A DNA stretch of 64,000 bases from an uncultured Actinomycetes bacterium. GTDB lineage: Bacteria; Actinomycetota; UBA4738; HRBIN12. Below, piece after piece: positions 29,571 to 39,152 of this stretch (positions are counted from its first letter, which is position 1; each line of letters begins with the position of its first letter). A model generated the notes under the pieces. The model searched no databases. It was given only the letters and a program-made list of their open reading frames with translations, and had not been told where the DNA came from. The translations under genes and the position numbers were made by a program. The stretch spans positions 576,581-640,580 of the forward strand of contig CAVSFP010000023.1 in the NCBI GenBank assembly GCA_963727185.1, read 5' to 3'.

Positions 29571-30631
29571 CGCGACTCCGTCTCGTCGTCCGGCGTGGGC
29601 ATCTCGATCAAGCCCGCAGAACCTCCAGGTCCGCCGCCTGAACCCGGCATGTACGTGACCCCGTGTTGCGCGAGGGGGGCTCCGACCTGGGCTCCCTTCG
29701 AAGTGACCTTGGATGCGGGGGCGCCGCTCCCCCCTCGGACGTACCCCTTGCTGACGCGGGTCTCGAGCTTCCGCTGGAAGAACGTGAAGATCGCCGTCAG
29801 GGCCCAGTAGCAGGCCGCCGCCACGAGCAAGGCCTCCATGTTCTTGAAGGCAGCTCGCCCGAGCAGCGTCGCCCGGCGGAACGGATCGGACCAGAAGATG
29901 GCCGCTCCCAGGAACGACAGCAACGCCGTGTCCTTCATCATCGCGATGAACTCGTTGCCGGTCGGCGGGATGATCACGCGCAGCGCCTGCGGAAGCACGA
30001 TCCGCCGCATCTTCTGCCGGTAGGTCATCCCCAACGCCTCCGCGGCCTCGGACTGGCCGTGGGAGACCGATTGGATACCGGCGCGGAAGATCTCCGTCAT
30101 GTATGCCCCGTAGTTCAACGACAACCCGACGATGCCCGCCATCACCGGAGAAAGGAGCGTGACCGTGACGATCCAACCTCGGTATGGATCCGCGAAACGC
30201 GGCGCGAGGTTCTGCCCGATCTGCGGCAGGGCGAGATAGATCAGGAACAGCTGCACGATCAACGGCGTGCCTCGGAAGAACGATGTGTAGAAACCGGTGA
30301 CGCCGTAGGCGATCGGGTTCTTGGAGAGTCGCCCGAGCGCACCGAACGTCGCCAGGATCACGGCTCCGACGATCGCGATGAAGGAAACGAAGATCGTGAC
30401 CCAGATGCCCTTGATGATGAACACCCAGTTGTCCCGCATCCACTGCGTGTCGAAACCCGCCGCGGCGAAGATCGCGGCGAGGATCAGGAAGATCACCAGC
30501 CAGACCACCGCGAGCTTCGCGCGGTACGGGATCTTCAGGCTGAACTGCTCGAGGCGCTCCCGCAGCCCCGCCTTCTCTTTCGGACCCTGCGGGGATGGGC
30601 CTGTGCCCACCCCCGTCGATTCCGTCTTCAT
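29567..30631 (-). CDS. polar amino-acid ABC transporter permease with a Gly-rich C-terminal extension
   Basis: ...[22 protein letters not shown]...[24 protein letters not shown] (EAA loop). The tail is ...[25 protein letters not shown]. Confidence 0.9.
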   Translation of the reverse strand: MKTESTGVGTGPSPQGPKEKAGLRERLEQFSLKIPYRAKLAVVWLVIFLILAAIFAAAGFDTQWMRDNWVFIIKGIWVTIFVSFIAIVGAVILATFGALGRLSKNPIAYGVTGFYTSFFRGTPLIVQLFLIYLALPQIGQNLAPRFADPYRGWIVTVTLLSPVMAGIVGLSLNYGAYMTEIFRAGIQSVSHGQSEAAEALGMTYRQKMRRIVLPQALRVIIPPTGNEFIAMMKDTALLSFLGAAIFWSDPFRRATLLGRAAFKNMEALLVAAACYWALTAIFTFFQRKLETRVSKGYVRGGSGAPASKVTSKGAQVGAPLAQHGVTYMPGSGGGPGGSAGLIEMPTPDDETESR

Positions 30632-30659
30632 GGGGCCCCCCTCGCCGGACCGGCCGTGC

Positions 30660-31571
30660 TCAGCCGACCGGGTTGACCGTCAGGTCCTCCCCATACCACT
30701 TCTGTGACAGCTGAGAGAGCGTTCCGTCCGCGTGCATGGCATCGATGATCTGGGAGATCTTCGCCACGAGCGTGGTGTCGTCGAGCGGCGCGCTCTTGTC
30801 GACAGCCACGGCGAGCGGCTCGAAGAACACCGGATCGCCCAGGAGTTGGATCGGCTTGCCTTTGTCGATCGCTCCCTGCAGGGTCGGCACGGCTGACATC
30901 ACCGCATCGAGCCGACCGAGCGCCAGGTCCTGGATCGCGGTCGAGTCCGTGTCGTAAGTCTTGAGTGTGACGTTTTGCGGAACGACGTACGTGGGGGTAT
31001 AGCCAGGGATGTTGAGGTCTCGGTTGAGGTACGACTCATACGTGCAGGCTCCGCAGACGCCGATCGTCTTCCCCGCCAATTGGTCGATCGATGTGATGGA
31101 GCTCCCCTGCTGCACCGCGAGACCGGCAGGCGTGTAGTAGTACGGGTCGGTGAAATCGAGCACCTTTGCGCGATCCGTAGTCACGGTCATGGAGCCGACC
31201 GACACGTCCCACCGATCGTTCCAACTCCCGGCCGTGATGATGTCCCACGACGGCGTCTGCCAGTCGACGGGCTGCGTCAGACCGAGACGCTTCGAGATCT
31301 CATTGGCCACGTCGATGTCGAAGCCTTGCCACGTGTTCGTCGCTTCGTCGTAGGAGGACTGCGGCGGGTACGCCGGATCGGTGGCTACCCGTATCGCGCC
31401 GTTGGCCATGATCCGATCGAGGAGCGTCTGGGGCGCTCCGCTCGAGCCGGTGGCTCCACCGGATCCGGATGTACCTCCGTTGGATGAAGAGTTGTTGTTC
31501 GCGCATGCCGCCCCGATGAGAGCGAACACCATCACCAAGGGCGCGAACAGCCGTAGTCGGGACTTCCGCAT
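30660..31571 (-). CDS. amino-acid ABC transporter substrate-binding lipoprotein (family 3)
   Basis: MRKSRLRLFAPLVMVFALIGAACANN lipobox, GGAAGGAGG Shine-Dalgarno, ...GFDIDVANEISKRLGL... Confidence 0.9.
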   Translation of the reverse strand: MRKSRLRLFAPLVMVFALIGAACANNNSSSNGGTSGSGGATGSSGAPQTLLDRIMANGAIRVATDPAYPPQSSYDEATNTWQGFDIDVANEISKRLGLTQPVDWQTPSWDIITAGSWNDRWDVSVGSMTVTTDRAKVLDFTDPYYYTPAGLAVQQGSSITSIDQLAGKTIGVCGACTYESYLNRDLNIPGYTPTYVVPQNVTLKTYDTDSTAIQDLALGRLDAVMSAVPTLQGAIDKGKPIQLLGDPVFFEPLAVAVDKSAPLDDTTLVAKISQIIDAMHADGTLSQLSQKWYGEDLTVNPVG

Positions 31572-31670
31572 CGTTCCTCCTTCCGGGGGGAGGCCTGAGC
31601 AGCCGCCCCTCCCATCGGTCCGACTATAGGAGCGTGCCTCCCCCGGAGCAATGCAAGGCCGCTCCGGCAG

Positions 31671-33569
31671 CTAGGTGCCCGTCTCGGCCGGAACCGGCGT
31701 GCCGGGGAAGTACGTGGCGAAGAGAAGCGAGTACCGGCCCACGCGGATCAGTCGCGCGAGCGCCTCGTCGATGGCCGCGACCAGCACCGCGTCGGGACCC
31801 TTGGCGATGAAGACGTCGTGGGCACCGACATCGACGCTCTGGGCGACCCGGAGTGTCGGCCGTCGCTCGATCGACGCCCACGCGGCCGGCTCCGCGTCCG
31901 CCACGGCCGTGATGGTTCCGGCCACGAGCGCCTCGTAGGCGGCGCGGCGGTCGGTCGTGAACTCGATCTGGGCTCCGGTGGGCTCGAGGATCTGGTGCGC
32001 CCACGGAACCGTCTCCGGGGATCGGATGACCGTCACACGGTCGTGCGGTCCCAACCGGTCGAGCAGGGCCGCGTCCCCCGGCCCGTGCGCCTGCGCCTTC
32101 GTGGTGACGAGTGCGACGTGCAGGCTGAGCGCGATCCCCGAGGTGGGGGTGCCCTGCTCTACGTCGGCGGCCGGGGCGAGGACCGCGTCGAGGGTCCCAC
32201 CCGACACGGCGCGGAGCGCGGCCCGGCACGGGAGGTCACGCCACGAGAGCGTGAGCCCGAGCTTGCGGGCGATCGCCGCCGAAAGGTCGACGTCGAATCC
32301 CCTGAGACGGCCACCGGCGGTGTACATCTCCGGGCGTCCCGTGCGACATGCAGCCACCGAAAGCTCGCCGGGCGTCCCCACCGGCAGCGGCGCCCCCTCT
32401 GGCGTCTGGCCGTTGCCCACCGGCACCCACCGGACCCCTTCGGCACGGAAGACACGAACACCCGCCGAGGTGGAAGCGAGCTCCCCGTCGGCGGCGAACC
32501 GGTAGGTGTTCGCCAGGCCCTCGTAGCCGTTCGACCCCGCCAGCGCCTCCGCAACCCCCCGACGATCGATCGCGCCGGTGCGGAAGGCCGCGAGCAGCAT
32601 GCCTCCGACGTCCCAGCCTTCGGGTCCGAACACACCCGGCGGCGAGCCGTATCTCGATTGGAAGTCGTGGATGAATCGTCGCACCTCGGGCCGCGTTGAC
32701 GACCCGAAGTCGACGCACGCACATGTGGTGATCGTTCCGTCACCGGCGCCCGCCGTCGTCGAGAGGTACGACTCGGTCTTCATCGCCGACGAGCCGAACA
32801 GCGGGATAGCGTCGGCGCCTCCCTCCGTCAGACCCGTCCGCAGGAGTGTCGCGCCCGGGCCGAACCCGGTCCACGCGACGCTCCCGCATCCCGATCGATC
32901 CACGCGCTGGACGACACCGGCGAGGGCGTCTTCGTCCGGAAGGACGTCGGACTCAGCGATGTCGCTCGCGCCGAGATCGGTCGTGAGCAGCGCCCCGAGC
33001 GCGCCCGAGAAGCTCGACCCGTCACCCACGAGGCAGGTCCCGCCCCCCGATCGCGACGATCCTCGTATCGCGGCCGCCAGCGCTGCCGACTCGCCGGACA
33101 GGCCGGCGACGACCCGCCGCCAGGACGTCCACCCCTGCGAGGCGAGGGAGGACCCCAGCTCGGACAGGCTGAGCGTTGGGATGCCGGCGCCGTCCAGGAG
33201 CGCTCCCACCGACGTGGGCTCCGACCAGAACGGGCCGATCACCGCCGCCACGTACGACGGATCGTCCACCACCGATCGGGCGAGCGCGTCCGCCTTCGAC
33301 GCGTCCCCTTCGACGTCCAGACCGACCACTTCGGGCACCACCGGCAGGTCCCCGCGATCGACCGCCTCTTGGAGCGCGAGCTGCAGACCGAGGAGCGCGG
33401 GAGCCACCGTCTGCGCGGACCCGGGAACCGACATGTCGTGCAGGAACGCGATCTTCACTGGCGCGGGGTCGGGAGCGGCAGACGGCTCGCCGGCCCCGCC
33501 CGTACATGCGGCGGCCAAGGTCGCGACCAGGGCGACCAGAAGGGCGGCGGTCGAGGGGCGTCGGCTCAT
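31671..33569 (-). CDS. 632-aa lipoprotein fusing a Leu/Ile/Val-binding-type (type I) domain to a family-3 (type II) solute-binding domain
   Basis: ATG 33569: MSRRPSTAALLVALVATLAAACTGG lipobox. The N-half is KIAFLHDMSVPGSAQ...IGPFWSEPT... The C-half is ...GRLRGFDVDLSAAIARKLGLTLSW... The first 48 codons of track ORF 31671..33713 are a translated tRNA. Confidence 0.8.
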   Translation of the reverse strand: MSRRPSTAALLVALVATLAAACTGGAGEPSAAPDPAPVKIAFLHDMSVPGSAQTVAPALLGLQLALQEAVDRGDLPVVPEVVGLDVEGDASKADALARSVVDDPSYVAAVIGPFWSEPTSVGALLDGAGIPTLSLSELGSSLASQGWTSWRRVVAGLSGESAALAAAIRGSSRSGGGTCLVGDGSSFSGALGALLTTDLGASDIAESDVLPDEDALAGVVQRVDRSGCGSVAWTGFGPGATLLRTGLTEGGADAIPLFGSSAMKTESYLSTTAGAGDGTITTCACVDFGSSTRPEVRRFIHDFQSRYGSPPGVFGPEGWDVGGMLLAAFRTGAIDRRGVAEALAGSNGYEGLANTYRFAADGELASTSAGVRVFRAEGVRWVPVGNGQTPEGAPLPVGTPGELSVAACRTGRPEMYTAGGRLRGFDVDLSAAIARKLGLTLSWRDLPCRAALRAVSGGTLDAVLAPAADVEQGTPTSGIALSLHVALVTTKAQAHGPGDAALLDRLGPHDRVTVIRSPETVPWAHQILEPTGAQIEFTTDRRAAYEALVAGTITAVADAEPAAWASIERRPTLRVAQSVDVGAHDVFIAKGPDAVLVAAIDEALARLIRVGRYSLLFATYFPGTPVPAETGT

Positions 33570-33628
33570 GTCGGTTCGGGTCGCCTCGCACGCGGGAACG
33601 CGGGGACGGATGGGTAGTCTAGGGCCGC

Positions 33629-33712
33629 GCCGGGATGGCGGAACTGGCAGACGCGCGGGACTCAAAATCCCGTGGGCTTCGGCCCGTGAGGGTTCGACCC
33701 CCTCTCCCGGCA
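33629..33712 (+). tRNA. tRNA-Leu (anticodon CAA), class II with long variable arm
   Basis: GCCGGGA-TG-GCGGAACTGGCAGACGC-G-CGGGA CTCAAAA TCCCG-TGGGCTTCGGCCCGT-GAGGG TTCGACC CCCTC-TCCCGGC-A. All four stems pair and the loop is CT-CAA-AA. Confidence 0.95.
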
Positions 33713-33713
33713 C

Positions 33714-34865
33714 TCACACGACACGTCCTTCCACGACGAGGTCGCCTCGCTCGAACCGATCGAGCCCCAGCGAGGAGATGTCGACGGTGCGTGCCTCCCC
33801 CTCGACGATGAGCTCCGCGATGAGCTTGCCGACGACCGGGGCGTGCTGGAACCCATGTCCGCTGAACCCGTTCGCCAAGAACAATCCGCGAACGGGCGAC
33901 TCGCCGATGATCGGGTGCCGGTCGGGGGTCATCTCGTAGAGGCCCGCCCACATGCGCGCGAGACCTGCGTGCTCGATCGGCGGGAACACCCGGATCGCCG
34001 TCGGCAGCAGCTCCTCTTCGATGAAGCGGCGGTCGACGCTCGTGCTGAACGACGGGCGCTCGTCGCGACCGCCCATGCCCGTGAGCACGCCGTCGCCCTC
34101 CTTGTGGAAGTAGTACGTGGTCGCCGCATCGATCACGAGCGTCCGCCGCGCCGGAACGCCCGGGAACGGACCCGTCGTCACGACCATCCGCGGGATCGGT
34201 TCCAGCGGAAGCTGTACGCTTGCGGTCGCCGCGAGCGTCCCCGCCCACGGACCGGCGGCGTTCACCACCGCCGGCGTGTCGATCGATCCATCGACGGTGC
34301 GGACCGCGGTGACGCCGTCGCCGTCCGTCTCGATCGCGACCGCCTCCACGCCCAGGCGCAGATCGGCGCCGGCACGCCGGGCGAGCGTTGCGTACCCCTG
34401 CGTGAGCCCGGAGGGATCCGCGATCCCGTCGTCCGAGCAGAACGTCGCACCGACGACGTCATCGATCGCGATCCCCGGAGCGATGGCGGCCGCCTCGTCG
34501 GGCGCGAGCAACTGCGTGTCGATGCCGAGCGAACGCTGGAGCTCCGCTCCCGCGCGGAACTCGTCCCAGTCGTGCTCGCTCCGCACGAGGAAGAGGTACC
34601 CGTCCTGCACGACGTCCAGCGGCAGACCGTGCTCCTGCGTGAACCCGAGGATCATCGGGACGCTGGCGAGCGACAGTTCGATGTTGATCCGGCTGGAGAA
34701 CTGGTGGCGGAACCCGCCCGCGCACGCACCCGTGGATCCGGTCGCGACGGAATCAGCTCGCTCCAGGAGCACCACGTGCCCGACACCCGCCGCTGCTAGG
34801 TGATAGGCGGTGCTGGCGCCCACGACGCCACCCCCGACGACGACGACGTCGGCCGTCGAGCTCAT
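33714..34865 (-). CDS. FAD-dependent oxidoreductase (DAO / sarcosine-oxidase-beta-like family)
   Basis: MSSTADVVVVGGGVVGASTAYHLA (GxGxxG)...LANGFSGHGFQHAPVVG. The ATG overlaps the upstream stop (ATGA). Confidence 0.88.
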   Translation of the reverse strand: MSSTADVVVVGGGVVGASTAYHLAAAGVGHVVLLERADSVATGSTGACAGGFRHQFSSRINIELSLASVPMILGFTQEHGLPLDVVQDGYLFLVRSEHDWDEFRAGAELQRSLGIDTQLLAPDEAAAIAPGIAIDDVVGATFCSDDGIADPSGLTQGYATLARRAGADLRLGVEAVAIETDGDGVTAVRTVDGSIDTPAVVNAAGPWAGTLAATASVQLPLEPIPRMVVTTGPFPGVPARRTLVIDAATTYYFHKEGDGVLTGMGGRDERPSFSTSVDRRFIEEELLPTAIRVFPPIEHAGLARMWAGLYEMTPDRHPIIGESPVRGLFLANGFSGHGFQHAPVVGKLIAELIVEGEARTVDISSLGLDRFERGDLVVEGRVV

Positions 34866-35776
34866 GGCGCGTCCACCGCGGCGCGCGCCACGATCAGGTC
34901 CTCGAACGCCAACCCCACCGACTTGAAGACGGTGACATCGGAGGGTGTGGTTCGCACGAGGGCACCGTGCACGACCTCTGCGAGATCGGCGACCACGTGC
35001 TCCGGCCCGAACGTGCCCTGGCCGATCGGGATCGCCAGCTCCCCGGCCTCGGCGAGCGCCGCCTCCCGCGTCTCCACGACCACGCGCGCGCGCAGCACCG
35101 CGGCGGTGTCCAGCTCCCGCGACGTGGGCAGATAGCTGCCGACAGCGTTCACGTGTGCCCCGGCGGCGAGCCGGCCGCCCTCGAAGAGCGACTCGTCGCT
35201 GGTCGTGCACGTGCAGACCACGTCGGCGTCCGCCACATCGCCGACGTCGCCGACGTCCGCGCCGATCCCCCGGTCACGGGCTTCGTCGACCAGCGCCTGC
35301 GCTCGCTCGAGGGTTCGCGACACGACGGTGACGTGCCGTATCGGGCGAACCGCCACCATCGCCTCGAGGTGCGAACGCGCCTGCACACCGGCGCCGAAGA
35401 TCACGAGTCGCTCGGCGGCAGGGTTGGCCAGGTGGCGCGTCGCCACACCGGATACCGCTGCGGTGCGGAGCGCCGTGAGCGCGGCACCGTCGACGACCGC
35501 TTCGGGGGTCTGCGTGACCGCGTCGAACAACACGTAGACCGCGCCGATGAGCGGCAGCCCGCGTTCCGGGTTGTCCGGGGTGAGCGTCACGAGCTTCACG
35601 CCCAGGCCGCCGTCGCCGAACGCGGGCATCAGCAGTAGCGAACCGGCCGGCGTCGAAAGATGGGACCGCAATTGCTGAGCAGACGGGTCCTGTGAACGGA
35701 AGCCGGCCTCCAACGCATCGATCGCCGCGCTCATCGGGAGGGCGCGCCGGAGCTCGTCACCGTCGAGCACGCGCAT
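34862..35776 (-). CDS. ornithine cyclodeaminase / mu-crystallin family protein
   Basis: MRVLDGDELRRALPMSAAIDALEAGF...LTALRTAAVSGVATRHLA...LVIFGAGVQARSHLEA. Confidence 0.88.
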   Translation of the reverse strand: MRVLDGDELRRALPMSAAIDALEAGFRSQDPSAQQLRSHLSTPAGSLLLMPAFGDGGLGVKLVTLTPDNPERGLPLIGAVYVLFDAVTQTPEAVVDGAALTALRTAAVSGVATRHLANPAAERLVIFGAGVQARSHLEAMVAVRPIRHVTVVSRTLERAQALVDEARDRGIGADVGDVGDVADADVVCTCTTSDESLFEGGRLAAGAHVNAVGSYLPTSRELDTAAVLRARVVVETREAALAEAGELAIPIGQGTFGPEHVVADLAEVVHGALVRTTPSDVTVFKSVGLAFEDLIVARAAVDAP

Positions 35777-36529
35777 CTACAGTTCGCCCAGGTACGCCTC
35801 GCGCATCTGCGGGTTGCTCAGCAACCCCTGCGCTGTGTCGGCGAGGACGATCTCGCCTGTCTGCAACACGTACCCGCGATCGGCGATCGACAGAGCCATG
35901 TTCGCGTTCTGTTCCACGACGAAGATGGCGGTCCCGAGCGCATGGATCTGCTTGATGATCTCGAAGACGCGTTCGACGAGGATCGGCGCGAGCCCCATCG
36001 ACGGCTCGTCCATGAGGATGACGGTCGGGCGGGCCATGAGGGCGCGGCCCATCGCCACCATCTGTTGCTCGCCGCCCGACAGCGTGCCTGACTTCTGTTG
36101 CAGACGTTCCCTCAGGCGAGGGAACGTCTCCAGGACCTGTTCCATGTCCTCCGCGATCTGTTCGCGGTCGCTCCGCTGATACGCGCCGATCTCGAGGTTC
36201 TCCTTGACCGTCATCCGAGTGAAGAGCCGACGATTCTCGGGCACCATGGAGACGCCGCGGCGCACGATCTCGATCGTGTGGAGGTTCGAGACGACCTCTC
36301 CGTTAACCAGCACCTCACCCTCGGTGGGCTTCACGTATCCGAGGATCGTCTTCAATGTGGTCGATTTCCCACAGGCGTTGCCACCCAAGAGACACACCAT
36401 CTCCCCCGGGTAGATCTGGACGTTCACGTCCCGCAACACCGCAACCGGGCCGTAGTGCGTGAAGACGTGACGCATCTCGATGATGGGGGTTCCGCGTTCG
36501 TCTGCCGGGGCCGGCGGGTCCGAAGTCAT
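35777..36529 (-). CDS. livF: branched-chain amino-acid ABC transporter ATP-binding protein
   Basis: ...LLGGNACGKSTTLKTILG...LSGGEQQMVAMGRALM...EAYLGEL. Confidence 0.9.
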   Translation of the reverse strand: MTSDPPAPADERGTPIIEMRHVFTHYGPVAVLRDVNVQIYPGEMVCLLGGNACGKSTTLKTILGYVKPTEGEVLVNGEVVSNLHTIEIVRRGVSMVPENRRLFTRMTVKENLEIGAYQRSDREQIAEDMEQVLETFPRLRERLQQKSGTLSGGEQQMVAMGRALMARPTVILMDEPSMGLAPILVERVFEIIKQIHALGTAIFVVEQNANMALSIADRGYVLQTGEIVLADTAQGLLSNPQMREAYLGEL

Positions 36530-37314
36530 CCCGCCTCCTCCGACCGCTTCCCCAGGTAGGCCTCGATCACCTGGGGATCGTTCGCGACGTCGTCGTAGGA
36601 ACCCTCAGCGATCTTCCGACCGTAGTCGAGGGCGACGACGTGGTTCGAGACGCCCTTCACGACACGCATGTCGTGCTCGATCACGAGGATCGTGTAACCG
36701 CGCTCGTCGCGCATCCGGACGATGAGGTCGCGGAGCTCGAGCGTCTCGCGGGGGTTCATCCCCGCGGTCGGCTCGTCGAGGAGCAGCACACGCGGTTCCG
36801 TCGCCATGGCGCGAGCCATCTCCAACCTCCGGCGGTTCGCGTAGGACAACACGAACGCCGGCTGATCCTGGCGGTACCCCTGGAGCCGAGTGCCGAAGAA
36901 GGCAAGAGCCTCGCTCGCTTTCTCGCGGATCTGCTCCTCCTCTTCGCGAACCGATCGGGGCCGGAAGACCGCACCGAACACCCCCGCCTTGGACCGAGCG
37001 TGCTGCCCGACCATGGCGTTCTCCAGCACGGTCATGTTGGGGAAGAGGTGGACGGTTTGGAACGTCCGAGCGATCCCGATCCTCGCGATCGCATGTGATG
37101 CCAGACCTTGGATCGGCCGCCCGTCGAACACGACCTCACCCTCGTCGGGCGCGTAGAGGCCGCTGACGACGTTGAAGAACGTGGTCTTGCCGGCGCCGTT
37201 CGGACCGATCACGCTGGTGATCTGCCCCTCCTGAACCTCGAGGTCGAGCCCTTGCAGCGCGGCCAAGCCACCGAACGTCATCTTCAGTCCGCGGATCTCC
37301 AGGATGATCGTCAT
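36526..37314 (-). CDS. livG: branched-chain amino-acid ABC transporter ATP-binding protein
   Basis: MTIILEIRGLKMTFGGLAALQGLDLEV...GPNGAGKTTFFNVVSG...VIEAYLG. ATGA overlap with livM. Confidence 0.9.
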   Translation of the reverse strand: MTIILEIRGLKMTFGGLAALQGLDLEVQEGQITSVIGPNGAGKTTFFNVVSGLYAPDEGEVVFDGRPIQGLASHAIARIGIARTFQTVHLFPNMTVLENAMVGQHARSKAGVFGAVFRPRSVREEEEQIREKASEALAFFGTRLQGYRQDQPAFVLSYANRRRLEMARAMATEPRVLLLDEPTAGMNPRETLELRDLIVRMRDERGYTILVIEHDMRVVKGVSNHVVALDYGRKIAEGSYDDVANDPQVIEAYLGKRSEEAG

Positions 37315-39152
37315 GTCGGACCCAGATCTCGGATCGCGGCTTCGTCCGCGTCGAGGGCAGCTTCCTCTTCTGCCTCGGCGACCCGTGCGACCGTCGGGTC
37401 GTGCTCGCGCAGCCACTCATCCTGCGCTCGCTCTTCCTCTCGAAGCTCGCGCGCGACGCGGACGTTCGGCAAGAGCCCCTGAGGACGGAACAGCATGATG
37501 GCGATGAGCACCGCCCCGTAGATCAACAGCTTGTATCCCTCGAACTCCGAGAGGAGGTTCGGGAGTCCGATGAGAACGAGCGCCCCCAAGACGGCGCCTC
37601 GCACGCTTCCAAGGCCTCCGAGGATCACGACGGCGAGCGCGGTGATCGACACGAGGATCGTGAAGCTCTGCGACGTGAGCGACCCGATCTTCACGGCGAA
37701 AAGCGCCCCGCCGACCGCGCCCAAAGCCCCACCGACCGCGGATGCCAGGAGTTTGTATCGAACCACGCTCACGCCCATCGCTTCGGCCACCTGCTCGTCC
37801 TCGCGCATCGCGTTCCAGGCCCGTCCCACACGGGAGCTCGTGAGCCTCCACGAGATGAACACGGCGCCCGCGCACGCAGCCAACGCCAGGTAGTAGAAGT
37901 GCAGGGGGCTACGCATCTCGATCCCGAACAGCGGCGCCGGAGGGACGTCACGGAGCCCCAGAGGCCCGCCGAGGACGTTCTTCAGCCAATCGGATTGCAC
38001 GAGGACCGACGCGATGGCCCCGAAGCCGAGCGTCACGATCGCGAGGTAGTCGCCCCGTAGCCGGACCGTGGGCGCCGCGATCAACACGCCGATCAGTGCG
38101 GCAAGAGCCATCACGACCGGCAGGGCGATATAGAACGAAAGGTGGAACGGCAGCACCGGAGGGACCAAGCCCAACGGATCCACGCGCGACGCCCCGGTGA
38201 GCAGCGCCGTCGAGTACGCGCCGATCGTGAAGAAGACGACGAATCCAAGATGCAGCAGACCGGCGTTGCCCACGATGATGTTGAGACCGAGCGCCAGCAT
38301 CAGGCCGATGCCGATGAATCCGAGCGTGTCGTTGACGATCGACCCCAGGAGCTGCGGAAGGAGCAGGAGGACGACCAGCGGCAGCAGCAAGGCGACCGCC
38401 CAGACGATCATCGGTGCGAGCTTCGCGCTCTCGTCGCGGCGTTCGCGCTGTCGGATCTCTTGGAACCGTGTCCTCGCCGAGCTACCCCACCGCTGCGTGG
38501 CGTAGATGACGACGGCCGCGACCGCGAAGATAAGGATCGCACCCTGGCGGGTCAACCCCCCGAGGATCGGGTCGTAGAGCCAATCCGACCGGATGCCGGC
38601 CTGGCTCATCGCCGTCGGCACGACGCGCTGCAGGAGGCCCATCAACACGACCGCCACCAACCCACCGACGATCACACGCCGCGCGATCTCAGGCAGGAGC
38701 CGAAGACACGCCCCGGCCAGCCCGAGGCCGGTTCCGAGGACCAGGAACAACAGGATCCCGGTCGCGGTGGCGCCGTGGAACGTGAGGATCGTGATGAGAT
38801 CGGGCGACACTGCGATGAGCACGCCGCGCACGACATCGACGCCGAGCGCCTCAACCACCATCACCGCGAGGCCGACGACCGCACCGGCGAAGAATCCTCC
38901 GCCGAGCCCACTGAGCACCACGGCCCCCGCGCCGAGACGCACCGGCCCGTCGACGCTGGTCCGGGGACGGCCTGCGACGAATCCCGCGATGATCGGGGGC
39001 ATCCAGACCAGGATCTTGCCGAGCGTCACCTGCGTCCCGACGAGGTTCCGGGTGTTGAACGCTCCGACCATCCCGACCGCGCAGAAGTAGACGATCGTGA
39101 GCCCCGCGATCACGCCCGTTCGGATGGTCGTCCTCACCCCCGCGCGATCCAT
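37311..39152 (-). CDS. livM: branched-chain amino-acid ABC transporter permease with ~270-aa hydrophobic N-terminal extension
   Basis: The C-terminal ~340 aa is LivM-like (...LGLNIIVGNAGLLHLGFVVFFTIGAYS...). The N-terminal part has about 7 extra hydrophobic segments. Confidence 0.85.
   Translation of the reverse strand: MDRAGVRTTIRTGVIAGLTIVYFCAVGMVGAFNTRNLVGTQVTLGKILVWMPPIIAGFVAGRPRTSVDGPVRLGAGAVVLSGLGGGFFAGAVVGLAVMVVEALGVDVVRGVLIAVSPDLITILTFHGATATGILLFLVLGTGLGLAGACLRLLPEIARRVIVGGLVAVVLMGLLQRVVPTAMSQAGIRSDWLYDPILGGLTRQGAILIFAVAAVVIYATQRWGSSARTRFQEIRQRERRDESAKLAPMIVWAVALLLPLVVLLLLPQLLGSIVNDTLGFIGIGLMLALGLNIIVGNAGLLHLGFVVFFTIGAYSTALLTGASRVDPLGLVPPVLPFHLSFYIALPVVMALAALIGVLIAAPTVRLRGDYLAIVTLGFGAIASVLVQSDWLKNVLGGPLGLRDVPPAPLFGIEMRSPLHFYYLALAACAGAVFISWRLTSSRVGRAWNAMREDEQVAEAMGVSVVRYKLLASAVGGALGAVGGALFAVKIGSLTSQSFTILVSITALAVVILGGLGSVRGAVLGALVLIGLPNLLSEFEGYKLLIYGAVLIAIMLFRPQGLLPNVRVARELREEERAQDEWLREHDPTVARVAEAEEEAALDADEAAIRDLGPT

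Noticed and set aside
33570-33713. N-terminal extension MPGEGVEPSRAEAHGILSPARLPVPPSRRG... of track ORF 31671..33713.
   Set aside because: It is the antisense translation of the tRNA-Leu gene. The real start is ATG 33569, which is followed by a lipobox.
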